NCBI GenBank assembly: GCA_020184695.1
Contig: JAANOX010000061.1
Coordinates: forward strand, 558,001-622,000
DNA from: Histomonas meleagridis 2922-C6/04-290x
Taxonomy: Eukaryota; Protista; Parabasalia
Direction: 5' to 3'
DNA: 64,000 nt
Part shown: positions 14,520 to 25,203 of the stretch, in pieces
Layout of the letters: each line of letters opens with the position of its first letter
How positions within the stretch are numbered: the stretch's first letter is position 1
The notes under the pieces: generated by a model
Databases searched by the model: none
What the model saw: the letters and a program-made list of their open reading frames with translations, nothing else
What the model was told of the DNA's origin: nothing
Program-made: the position numbers and the translations under genes

Positions 14520-16900
14520 ATGCTATCAATACAATTAATATTAGTTCTAGACAAGAGATAAGAAGTAGAAATTATTGATGATGAAAAGAATATCTATGAA
14601 ACTTATTGATAATGATAAATATTACTTTTTGTTAACTTATGAAAACATTGATTTATCAATTAAGAAAATAAATAAATTGTTTGATTCAGTTATCCATATT
14701 CAGATAATTTAATTATTGTAATTTGGTTTATTTTGCATTTATTAAAAGTTGTGTGATTTTGTATATGGTTATATAGAAACCTCAATCAAAAGAAGTAGAA
14801 GTTAGCTACATCAAATCAAAATTTACCGGAAATTTTTATTGATGAGCTTATCTAAGCAGACTCCCACAAGGAATAACATTATTCACAATTAGTATCAAAT
14901 GATTGAGAGGAAATATAATTGATAAAGATAACTAAAAAATTAAATCAAATATTAGCGCATTTAAAGAAAAGAAAAATTATAAATATATCAATTTATCTGA
15001 TCCAAGGAAAGAATTTTTAATTAACTGATAAACTTTTAAAAGAATGATTGGGGAGCTTCATAAGAAGTTAATTAAAAGAAGGATAGTCAAATGAGTACAA
15101 AAATAATTGAAATGATGAAATCGAAACTTCAAGAAATATATTTCAAATAATTATTTTTAATCAAATCATTGGATATCACTTCATGAAAGGATGTTCGTTT
15201 ATTAATCAAAAAGAATATTATCATTGATGATTGGTAACATTTTGGATCAATTAAATGTTTTAAATTTTTATAGATGGAACAAATAACAAACAATACAGGT
15301 AAATGGCTGTAATATGCATGGTGGAAATATCAAGTCTGTTCGTTTATGAACAAATAATGTACATCATTTAGTGAACGCACGCAGCAACGTATACATCTAT
15401 GAATGAAGTATCTTTCATTATTTTTATGAAAGAAACTTAAAAGGAAGCTTTAAAAACAACATCAATTATATGATCGTTCTTTTGCATATAGAATAACATG
15501 GCAAAGTGCCATAGAAAACATTATTCTGTTGTTCAGTGGAGTATGAAATCTTATCAAATTTACTTGAAAATGGATGAAAATCAATGATAAATGTTGTGTG
15601 TGCTGCAAAACTGAAATTTATATCTAGTTAAATCTTTTTCTTCTTATCAAATTCCAAACCATCATTCATGTTTATCTTCAGATTGGGAAATGTGAACTTA
15701 TTAAATATGATATTTCGAACAAGAAAAGAAAAACTCAATTCAAGATGTTAAATACATTTTAACATTCATTACAATAATTGATCTTTAAAATTTTATTTGG
15801 GTTTTTGTTTAAAATATTTAAAATCAGACTATTTATAACATATTGGAAATGGAATAACAGAGCAATAGTAATGTTTGGAAACAAAACGTATAATACGATC
15901 AATGTAAAACTTGTTTCTATTTTTATTTTTATTTGATATTTCGTTATATAATTTCAATATTGCACTTTTGAAATTTATATATTATTCTTCTTTTTCTTTA
16001 TTACATCTAAAGCAGCCATAAATTAGTAATTACTTCTTGAACAAGAAGAATTGATGTATGCTAAGGAAATTTTATTATTTTCTTTTGCTGTTGTTTTAAC
16101 GTTAATATATAAAAATAATATAATAGATGTGAAATTATTTTAGTGTTGGCACTTATGTTGTCTAGAGGGTTGCTTTTCAAATAGTTCTAGTTGCTTCTTG
16201 AGATAGAAGAAAGATGAATGTCAACTGCAATCTATTGATTTGTTTTATTTAATATTTATTAAATAAATTTGATATTCACTTCATGTTTGGAAATTATTTT
16301 AAATTATTTATTAGCACTTGTGTTGCTTATCTAGAAATGGTCCATGTAGAAATGGTTAAATTACTTCTTGAACAGAAGGAATTGATATAATATCAAGGTT
16401 TTAAATTTTATAACTTATTCAGAATTTATTTTTATAGTTTTGATAATTTAAATATCTTTAAGTATTAATTCTTTTTATACTTATATAGTATTTAATGATC
16501 ATATAAAAATGGTTAGATTAACTATGGACAAAAGAGGTGGAATGTCTTCAATGTACTAGAGAATTTTTATTGTTTTCTTTATCTTCTTTCTATGTTTTGG
16601 TTTCAAAATAATATTTGGAAATTATTTTCCTTCTTATAAACGGCACTCATGTATTTGTGAAAAGGTTGTTTAGAAATCGTTAATTACTTCTTAACAGAAG
16701 GAATCTGATATTAATATAAAAAATTACAGACATTTTACTTGATTATTTTGTTAATTGATATATCAAAAAACAATATTTATGACTTCTTGAAATATTTTAT
16801 TGCTACACTTATTACTTCATCTGATTCAGTTCTTTAATTACAGTCAAATTATGAAGAAAAGATAAGTTGATGTCAGTAAGATGTTGTTTGTTTGATTTAA
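14520..16900 (+). pseudogene. Second, more divergent DUF3447-ankyrin family member (degenerate)
   Basis: AAGAATGATTGGGAGCTTCATAAG (KNDWELHK) at ~15040; FINQK..FFGSIKCF-like segment at ~15200-15270; repeated AAATTACTTCTTGAACA (KLLLEQ) and GGAATTGATAT motifs at 16000-16720; start approximate. Confidence 0.7.
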
Positions 16901-16929
16901 TTATATATGTTTCAATATTTTATTTTATC

Positions 16930-18563
16930 GAATATTTGGAGATTCATTCCATTCCGGAACATGTAAAGATAAGTCTAATACAACTGTGAAATAGATACTA
17001 ACCTCACGATTATATCTTGTTTCATATTGTGAATCGAAGTTGTTTATTTGATGGCCATCTCTTTATACACATTGCTAAACAATTTTCTTTGGGTATAACA
17101 TGTCCATTTTGTTGTGAGTTAAAATTTTTCATCTGATGAAGTAAGTTGAACGATCATATCTTAAGGGTCGTAGGTACCGCCAACTAAAACAGCAACACGG
17201 CTGCTAGAAACTTCCGTAAAGATGGGTTTAAGAAAGCATATAAGTTATTGCATATTAACTGAATCAACTAAAACGCATCATTGATCATCAAGATTCCCAA
17301 TGGATGAAATGAAATCAAGATAATTACGAACGGGTGCGATTTTAGAGGTTACAACACCGGTACTTAATTTTTTGTTTTCATCAAGCGAGTAATTTATAAA
17401 CAAGTTGTGTTTCTTTGTACTCAATAATGGAAAACATGTTTCCAACATCAATAATATATTCAATTTGAAAATCATTAGTATAGCTCTTTTGGTGGTTCTT
17501 TTTGTTCAAATACTTTTGGAGACTAAAGTTGCTTTTATAAATTGATGAGTAGTTGGTAGCTAACTTTCGTTGATCTTCTTCTTCCTTCTCTTCGAATTGG
17601 CTTTTTCCTTCTTGACCACTTTCTCTTGGTCTTCGGGAAGAAACACTTTTCCTGAAGTTTAATAGACTTGTATTGCTGTTTGGATGTCCAGACTGAGTGA
17701 GAGTGATAGTGTAGAGTGGTTAGCAAGGAGTCTATTGGATTATGCGCTTCATCAATGTCATTGCAGTACGAGATGGAAAGTTTAAGCCGCACTTCTGGTT
17801 TCAGGACTAAAATAAGGTTTGGTACGGAAGAATAACTTAGGATTTTTGACTGATTTTGCGGGAGATGAAAATATGGACAACATTGATGAGAAGATCCCTA
17901 TTTGTCCAGTTCTTCTATATCAAGAGGTTCGTTGTATATATGTTCTGATAATTTTATAATTGATTCCTTATTATAAAATGGACATTTGGGACTACAAACG
18001 TCATTAAGTTCATTGTAGAAAGTTGAGAGTATTCAGGGTGTCACATAAAAGCTTTCTTGAAGCCAAAGAAACGACTTTTTGGAAAGCTTTTTGAGATAAT
18101 CTTTTCATAAATTTAATTTTTATTCGTACAATCTTCTATTTCTTTTTGAATAAAGGTTTGTGTCTTAAACCAACAGATTTGAAGTTTTTTTGTAATTTAG
18201 CTCTTTTTTGATCATTTTGGATCATTAAATTCTTTGCACATTCTTTAAGTTTTTTAAGTTCAGAAACAAGTTCTTTTATTTGTTTATGTGTTCTAGTTGC
18301 GACCATTAACCGAATTGGTATTTGTGTAAGCATTGAATTTTTCTTTTTAATATATGCAATAGAAGCACACAAAACGCTCATTGATTTTCCTGTTCCTGTT
18401 GGCGATTCAAAAAACCCAATCGAATTTGAATCAAAACATTGCAATAAATCATTCATAAAATCTATTTGTATTGTATATGGCTGATTTTTTATTGAAAATT
18501 CTTCAATTGCATCTTTCAGAATGGATGCTCTTGTCGTGAAAGTAATAAAGAATCAGCTTCCAT
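16930..18563 (-). pseudogene. Chl1/DDX11-like XPD-family DEAH helicase, fragmented and 3'-truncated
   Basis: QPYTIQIDFM, Walker A ESPTGTGKS, ATRTHKQI, CPFYN..DIEEL..CCPYF, IDEAHN, VLVGGT and GHVIPKEN motifs occur in the correct order but in different frames. Confidence 0.8.
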
Positions 18564-18919
18564 TTATTTTAAACGTCCACCAAACCAAAAATGAACTTCT
18601 GCAAAATGTTTTTATAAAGAATGAAATCCAAAGACTTTTTACTGTATCAAGAAATAATTTATTATGACAACAACATCCAAGCTGAAACCAAATATGAAGA
18701 AAATTTTAATCTCCATATTGTTAATTTTAATCTTAAAAAAAATTTTCTCATTAATCCCTTTATTTGATTGGTGTAATTCCGCTTCTTGTCTGCTTTCTGG
18801 CTCGAAATCAGATCCAAGGTATGGATCCTCGTATGAAAGATTTTTATAAAATATTGCATTTTACACTTTGGAGATGGATCTGATTTCCCATTATTTCATG
18901 ACGATATTGCTCATCTTTA

Positions 18920-19414
18920 AGTACTCGATAGCTTTACTGTAGTCATCTTTCTTGAACACCAACACCTGTTTTTATGAATGTTTCTAAAAATTGTGCTCCT
19001 AGGTCGTTTGCAAGTGCTTTTCCCATCTTCATGTAAGAAACTTGGCGTTCGTACCGCAAATCGATTTTATTTGCACATCAGACGCAAGGGAATTTATTGG
19101 TGTCTTTGTATCGCTGAATATCAAAGTGTATCTGCGAAAATATTATCAAGATTGCTTTCGTTAATTGCATATACAAGTATGAAAACAGTTCTGTCTCTAT
19201 AAATTTGAGTTTTCAAGGCTTCTTGAGTTTCCATACCAGCTGTATCTAGAATATCAAGTGAATATTGTTGATTGTTGAGAGTAATTGCTTTTTTATAAGT
19301 ATTTGAAATGGTAGGCTCGTATTCAGTCATGAAGGTGTTTTGAACAAATCGTATTGACAAGCAACTCTTGCCTACAGCACCCAATCCAAGAACAACGACC
19401 TTGACGGTGGTCAT
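18920..19414 (-). pseudogene. Ras/Rap-family small GTPase, frameshifted in its 3' half
   Basis: GLGAVGKS, YEPTI and DTAG in ORF 19121-19414; ANKID and FLET motifs continue in a shifted frame containing a stop. Confidence 0.8.
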
Positions 19415-20413
19415 TTTTCAATTTTGTTCAATAACCGCCAAAGTAGTCAAAAATTTGAAATTAAACATTAGAAAACGAAATAATAACCGCTGAAACTGAA
19501 CGATGAATGACTGCTGTTTGTGAGGGTGATGAAACTTTTTCAGGGGGCATTGAAATGTACCTTCTTCTGAAATTATCGACAGTTAATTAAACGGTCTCTA
19601 AAAGTGTTTTTTTCACAACAAATGTTTTTGAGAATAATCAAAAAACGTATATAGCGATATATACTATACTATGGGAATATATTCTAATATAATTTTATCT
19701 GTTAATTAAATGTGATTTGATTCGTTAAAACTTTTTCTTTTTGAAAGCTTTTTGATTACTCATAGTAGTAAAAATTTAGTTTAAGCAATCTAACTAAGTT
19801 TATTACTTTATGTACTATAAATATTATTAAAATCAAAGAATTTTATATGGCAGATTTTATTTTCTTTTATAAATCAGAAAATCATTAATTCATATCTCAA
19901 TAACAAAAAGTCAATTCAACTTTTGTATACTTCACATACAGTGAGGGAGTCCACAACTGAACTTTTCTTGTTGCACTAATTGAATACCGAAGATTGGAAT
20001 TGCTCAATGTTCTTGAAATAATAAAACGTAATAAATAAATAGGTATGCATTATAATGAGGCATATGAGCTACATGAGCATTATCGTAGTAAGAATTATTG
20101 AGGCTTCTTCCAACATTTACAAACCAAAATTCTAAATGCTATTGGAGGGACGTTAAATATTTGACACTTATCGTGCATGCAAATCAAAGAAAAGAACATT
20201 TGCTTTCCCACATTTTCTACTTCCTTAACTCTTTCATCCACATATATCATAAGAGTATATGTCGTCTTATGCAATATTTGTCAATAGCTTATATTCATTT
20301 TAATTTAAATTTTAATAATAATAATAAAAATAAATCAAATTTTCATATATAATATGCATATTTATAAAGCAGGAAATACCCCCAGGAGAGTCAAACCAAT
20401 TCCTAATAGAAAA

Positions 20414-21135
20414 ATGAATTTTACATCTATCTTCATTGACACAACATTTCAGATTTTACCTCTATAAAGACGTCTAGAGAACGTTTAAAGACGTTAAACC
20501 ACATCACCTATATAAACCTACCAATTGTGGGGCATCTTTCAAAAAATCCTTTTTATAAACGGTCGATAAATGGATTCTTGGAACCTAAAGTTCACAAAAA
20601 CTTTAGTGATATCCATATTATACAGATTTCATTAAGTGAACAATTTCCTGGTGAAAAGGTTTCGAGAATCTTCGAGATACTAATTCTTTCACATCAATTA
20701 TCACAATTTGGAATTCCTTCTTTCTATTTAGAATCATCTCCTTCCTATTCACTGAAAAGAATAAATTCCCCTGTTGTTATTTCTTTTGATATATATTCAA
20801 AACGATCGGAATTCATTCTTCCAAATTGGACAGATTGTCAAGAATGGGATTGGAACGTACTTACATATTTTTCATTTGAAATATCAGATCATTTTTCTCG
20901 CGCATTAGTTCTTTTCACATATTATCAAAAATTAAATCTTCATCCAATTTATTTTACATCATATCTATTAATTCCACCACAACGTTCCGTCATAGAACCA
21001 TTTTTATTTCAGCCAGTTGTTGTCAAAAGAAAAGACAAAATCTACATTCGTACTGTATTACAAGGAGGTCTTGAAATTATCCGATCTCTAAGTACCCAAA
21101 TCCCTAGGAAGTATGGTTTTGCTACCACCATTTGA
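20414..21135 (+). CDS. Probable frameshifted N-terminal part of the Med13-like gene
   Basis: 202-codon ORF without an ATG overlaps the next ORF by 23 nt; a short ATG ORF (MNFTSIFIDTTFQILPL) at 20414 lies in another frame. Confidence 0.4.
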
Positions 21136-22867
21136 GCATCCATTCAAGTTTGTTGAAATTTTTTCTAAATCATTTGATGTAATATCGGTTGAAAAAAAGA
21201 AATATTCATTTAAAATTCCGACCAAAATTGCAAATTTAACCAAGCCACCACTTCTACTTGCAAGTTTTTTTTATGTTGAACAAGTTTTTAAACCCATTTC
21301 TAATCTTGATTTAGTTGAATTTGATCGTTTCACAATCGAAGATATTAATAAATGTTTTACTGATATGAACTTGTCATCTAATAGAACACCTTCTAATCAA
21401 TACCCAACAGATTTCCTTGAACCACCCGAACCATCGACAAGTCAAATTTTGTCAGAACAAATAACAGACTTTAACGTTCGCCTGCGCATTGCTCAAGCTC
21501 TTGGCGAGCAAGCACAATTTCCTTCAAAAAGAGCAAGTCTAAAATGCATAGTAACAAATTTCTTATCATATTTCCGTCTTGAAGTGGGTTTTTCTACTGT
21601 GATACCACCAAGATCTGCATATAGTTTTTTAAATAATTCTCCAATTCAACATGTACAACTCGGGATTCCAAACATATTAGTGAATCATAATGGCTTTTTA
21701 GAAGAAGTTAAAGCAAGTAGTGTAATTGATAATTGGATATCAGAACATTATCTACCAATTTCAGGTCCCAAAGATTGCAAATATGGTGTATTTTCACCTA
21801 ATCAAATCCCGCGTACATTATTAATCTCATTTATGAAAATCGATTGTAGCACATATAATATGTTTGGCTTTGGAAAACTACAACCGTACAGCTCCAACGC
21901 ATATTATTTTGTACCTGAGAACTCGATTGACAGCACAGCGATTGAGTTTTATCAAAATAATCCCTTATCCCAATTTCAACAAATTCCATTTATCACGTTT
22001 ATAGTTGGATATCCATTTCATGATTCTGATTTTTTACCACATTCCATTGTCACCAACATTTTTCCACCGTTAGTTTATTCCTGTACGCAATTAGGATTGC
22101 AATCACTTGCATTCATAGTTTATTCACGAATTCGATTATTTTCGCCAACTCCAATCGGAATGATTAACACCATCCAAAACTATGCTGTTCCGATTATCTT
22201 TGGCTTTCGATATCAGCCACCATTTTTATTACCACGTTATGGCACTAATTCTCGTTCGATTTCATTTCATTTTGCGTTAGACATTAAAACTAACAAATGT
22301 GCAATCATTGATGACATTGGATCAATATTACATATCTTAAACTTAAATTCGCTTCAATATCTTTCGGCATTAATTGATGATTGTAAGAAATTAGTCGAAC
22401 AAAACGTATCACAAATTACTGTTTCGATTTTATCAGAAGGTTTAACGGAAAACTTTTTAAACGATTTTAAGAATATTATTCCGAACGTTTTGTTGTTCTC
22501 TGTTTTCCCTTCGTCGTGTGTACAAGGAAAATTCGAAAATGATTTCGATTCGGATACAATAATATTCGATGAACTCGAACAATCGTTTTCAAGTGACGAA
22601 GTTTTGGTCGATCCAATTGAAACTTGTTACGTACTTTCGAAGATTCATCCGCCTTATAAAGTATCGTTATATGCTGCAGGCGATCGAAACGACTTGTTGA
22701 ATTACGTGGAATTAATGTCGAAGCTTTCGTGGCTCTCGGTAAAACCTGGAGAAGAAAAAAGAACAATTTCTTACCCGCCGCACATTTGCGCTTTGTTGAG
22801 GAAAAATAGATGCGAGACAATTGTGTTGAGTAGATTCGAGTTTTTGCCTTCAAATGGTCCAATTTGA
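21113..22867 (+). CDS. MED13: Mediator CDK8-module subunit Med13-like protein (compact)
   Basis: LPISGPKDCKYGVF, STYNMFGFGKLQP and the C-terminal LSKLSWLSV...RTISYPPHI resemble conserved Med13 C-terminal motifs (recognised from memory, no search run). Confidence 0.55.
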   Translation: MVLLPPFEHPFKFVEIFSKSFDVISVEKKKYSFKIPTKIANLTKPPLLLASFFYVEQVFKPISNLDLVEFDRFTIEDINKCFTDMNLSSNRTPSNQYPTDFLEPPEPSTSQILSEQITDFNVRLRIAQALGEQAQFPSKRASLKCIVTNFLSYFRLEVGFSTVIPPRSAYSFLNNSPIQHVQLGIPNILVNHNGFLEEVKASSVIDNWISEHYLPISGPKDCKYGVFSPNQIPRTLLISFMKIDCSTYNMFGFGKLQPYSSNAYYFVPENSIDSTAIEFYQNNPLSQFQQIPFITFIVGYPFHDSDFLPHSIVTNIFPPLVYSCTQLGLQSLAFIVYSRIRLFSPTPIGMINTIQNYAVPIIFGFRYQPPFLLPRYGTNSRSISFHFALDIKTNKCAIIDDIGSILHILNLNSLQYLSALIDDCKKLVEQNVSQITVSILSEGLTENFLNDFKNIIPNVLLFSVFPSSCVQGKFENDFDSDTIIFDELEQSFSSDEVLVDPIETCYVLSKIHPPYKVSLYAAGDRNDLLNYVELMSKLSWLSVKPGEEKRTISYPPHICALLRKNRCETIVLSRFEFLPSNGPI

Positions 22868-23589
22868 TGTGAAATAATGTTTTGTATTTCGGTGTTTAGA
22901 TATATATTAATTAATAAATATTTATAGGAGTTATGTTGTCGTTTTTTGGCGAAAGAGAAATGTTAATGTGATTCATGTGCCAGAATAATATTCGAATGAA
23001 TTGATGCTGTGTTAAATATATTCCAAAATGGAGAAGTAGTCTTGCAGAATCCCAATGTTCCACAGGGATAAACAGTTGTTCTAATTGTATCTCATAGTTT
23101 CCCATTAAAATAAAATTAGTATTTTGTATTATAAATTGGTTTTCCAATTATAAAAATGATTAATTTTTTGAGCATTTATGGAACATTAATTTAAAATAAA
23201 GTTATATAGCCATATTGACAATTTAAATGCATTTTGAAAATTGTATTACCATTTTATGCACATGTGCGTTTTCCATATTATTAGAAATTTGGCATTGAAA
23301 GTGTTTATTTTATGATTTATTATTTAGTTTTTGAAATATATCGTTAACTTCATATACATCGTTCACAATGTGTTTTCACAAGATCATCAAAGTTTTCCAC
23401 TGATTTGTGAAATAAGATATAAAAAGTTATTTAAAATTGGTTAAAAGCAAATATTTGAATATTTTAGAAAAATAAAACAAATCAAGTTATTTGATTAATT
23501 ATTTTTTGATGAATAAATAAAAAAAAATATTATAATATAATATGTAAATTAAACGTTTTATTATATAAAAAGATTGTTTTATAAATATG

Positions 23590-25137
23590 TCATTGCTTCA
23601 TTATATCACTAATGTCTTTCATCAGACCACAAAAGTAGTCCAAGAACATATCGTCCATGGAAAGTTTTAATTTTCTTCCAAATTTCTCAATAATTTTATT
23701 TTCCATTTTCTCCAAACAAACACAAATTTTCTCCTTCAAGTTTTCCATTTCTTGTCCATTACAAGGAAGCACTTCTTTAAGCACATCTTCGTAATCCTCA
23801 AATTTTAATTCTTTATTAATCAAATTAGAAGTGAGTTTTAAGATGAATTCAGATACAGTCTTGAATAGTACATCATCATCTTTGTTTCGTTTGTTGGCAA
23901 AAATCATCGTCGAGTATTTCCTACTATTTAATTTTAGCACTTTTTTTGCAGATTTGAAAATTTGCCTTGCTACATATAGGTTTGATGCCCGTTCGGATAT
24001 ATATTCCCTGCATTTGACGTTTTCTTCAAGTTTTTCTTGAGTAAATTCTAATGAAATATTACGTATTTCAAAATAATTTTTGGAATTTAACGAGATTTCG
24101 GAGGGATGGATAATAAACAACTCTTCTTTAAAGGGATGAGTTGTGATACGTCGTGGTGATGCTGGTTGCGAACAGAAAAAATCAGAAATCTGCTTTGTAA
24201 TGTTACGATCAACATCAGTAATTACAATTTCACTACTACTAAAGGTTACATCTCCTATTTTCGGTAGAGTAAAAACATTGTCAATATCTACATTGAGGAA
24301 ACAGTTATATATGAATTGCTTTTCTTTCTTTTGGATCTCATCGTAAAGCTTAGAAAAAGTGTCATCTCCATTTGGCACTTTTAAACGTATTTCGTCGGTA
24401 AATTTGGGTGAAACTTGCAAAACATTAAAAATGCGTTGAAGAAAACAATTAAAAAAAGCAATAGAAACAAGCATGGGATGTGTTGAGCTTTTCTTGATAA
24501 TAAGATTCTTTGCTGCTAAAATTTGATATTTGGACATATATGGAATACATTGCTCGAAACTGTATTTGAAGATACTAATAAGAGAAGGCATGGAAAGAAT
24601 CTCATTTGATTGGGAAACCTTGTATAAAAATGTATCAATGAATTTTTCTTGGAAAAAAAATGAATATTTAAGAAAATAACCTGTAAGAAGATGTGAATTA
24701 GGATCGTCAGAAAAAAAGTTAATGAAGTTTAATGCAGCATTAGCATACTCATCAAACGAAAAATTTCCAAAAATTGTTGGAAAGGTTGAATTCAAAAAAT
24801 AACTTTGTACAACCTTAACGTCTGGATATACACTTTGAACCACAGAAAGAAGGTCGTTTTTTTTGACAGTGAACTTTTTGTTATCATGAAGTTTCTTCAA
24901 ATTATTTTTGAATTGTGTTAAGTTCCCAAGGCCTTGATTTGAATAGACAAAGGTAGGTTGCTTTGGTAATTCGGTGCTTGTGAAATTAAGTATGAGGAAA
25001 TCAATGAGTCCATTTAATTTACAGCAAATATTGAATGATTTTATTTCATCTGATACTTTACTAAGGTAAAATCCCATAAATTGGCCAGAATCAAAAGAAT
25101 AAAATTGTTTTAATTCTTCAAGATTTGTATTTTCCAT
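23590..25137 (-). CDS. Hypothetical protein (~515 aa)
   Basis: Long ORF; first ATG at 25137 (the track's TTG start at 25161 is probably 5' UTR). Confidence 0.75.
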   Translation of the reverse strand: MENTNLEELKQFYSFDSGQFMGFYLSKVSDEIKSFNICCKLNGLIDFLILNFTSTELPKQPTFVYSNQGLGNLTQFKNNLKKLHDNKKFTVKKNDLLSVVQSVYPDVKVVQSYFLNSTFPTIFGNFSFDEYANAALNFINFFSDDPNSHLLTGYFLKYSFFFQEKFIDTFLYKVSQSNEILSMPSLISIFKYSFEQCIPYMSKYQILAAKNLIIKKSSTHPMLVSIAFFNCFLQRIFNVLQVSPKFTDEIRLKVPNGDDTFSKLYDEIQKKEKQFIYNCFLNVDIDNVFTLPKIGDVTFSSSEIVITDVDRNITKQISDFFCSQPASPRRITTHPFKEELFIIHPSEISLNSKNYFEIRNISLEFTQEKLEENVKCREYISERASNLYVARQIFKSAKKVLKLNSRKYSTMIFANKRNKDDDVLFKTVSEFILKLTSNLINKELKFEDYEDVLKEVLPCNGQEMENLKEKICVCLEKMENKIIEKFGRKLKLSMDDMFLDYFCGLMKDISDIMKQ

Positions 25138-25168
25138 TTTTTTTTCTTCTTTTGGTGACAATTTTCAT

Positions 25169-25180
25169 AAACGGTCGTTT
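25169..25180. promoter_or_regulatory. AAACGGTCGTTT near-palindrome in a 66-nt divergent intergenic region; resembles the trichomonad M3/Myb core-promoter motif
   Basis: Lies between ATG 25137 (-) and ATG 25204 (+); similar AACGGT cores occur just upstream of other genes (~27640, 45030, ~47305). Confidence 0.45.
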
Positions 25181-25203
25181 TGTGTTCGTTTAAAAATTTT
25201 GGA

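Noticed and set aside
22476-22862. Antisense ORFs inside real genes (also 23831, 24143, 26782, 40472, 41468, 44012, 47762, 48004, 60667)
   Set aside because: Shadow ORFs opposite longer, motif-bearing genes
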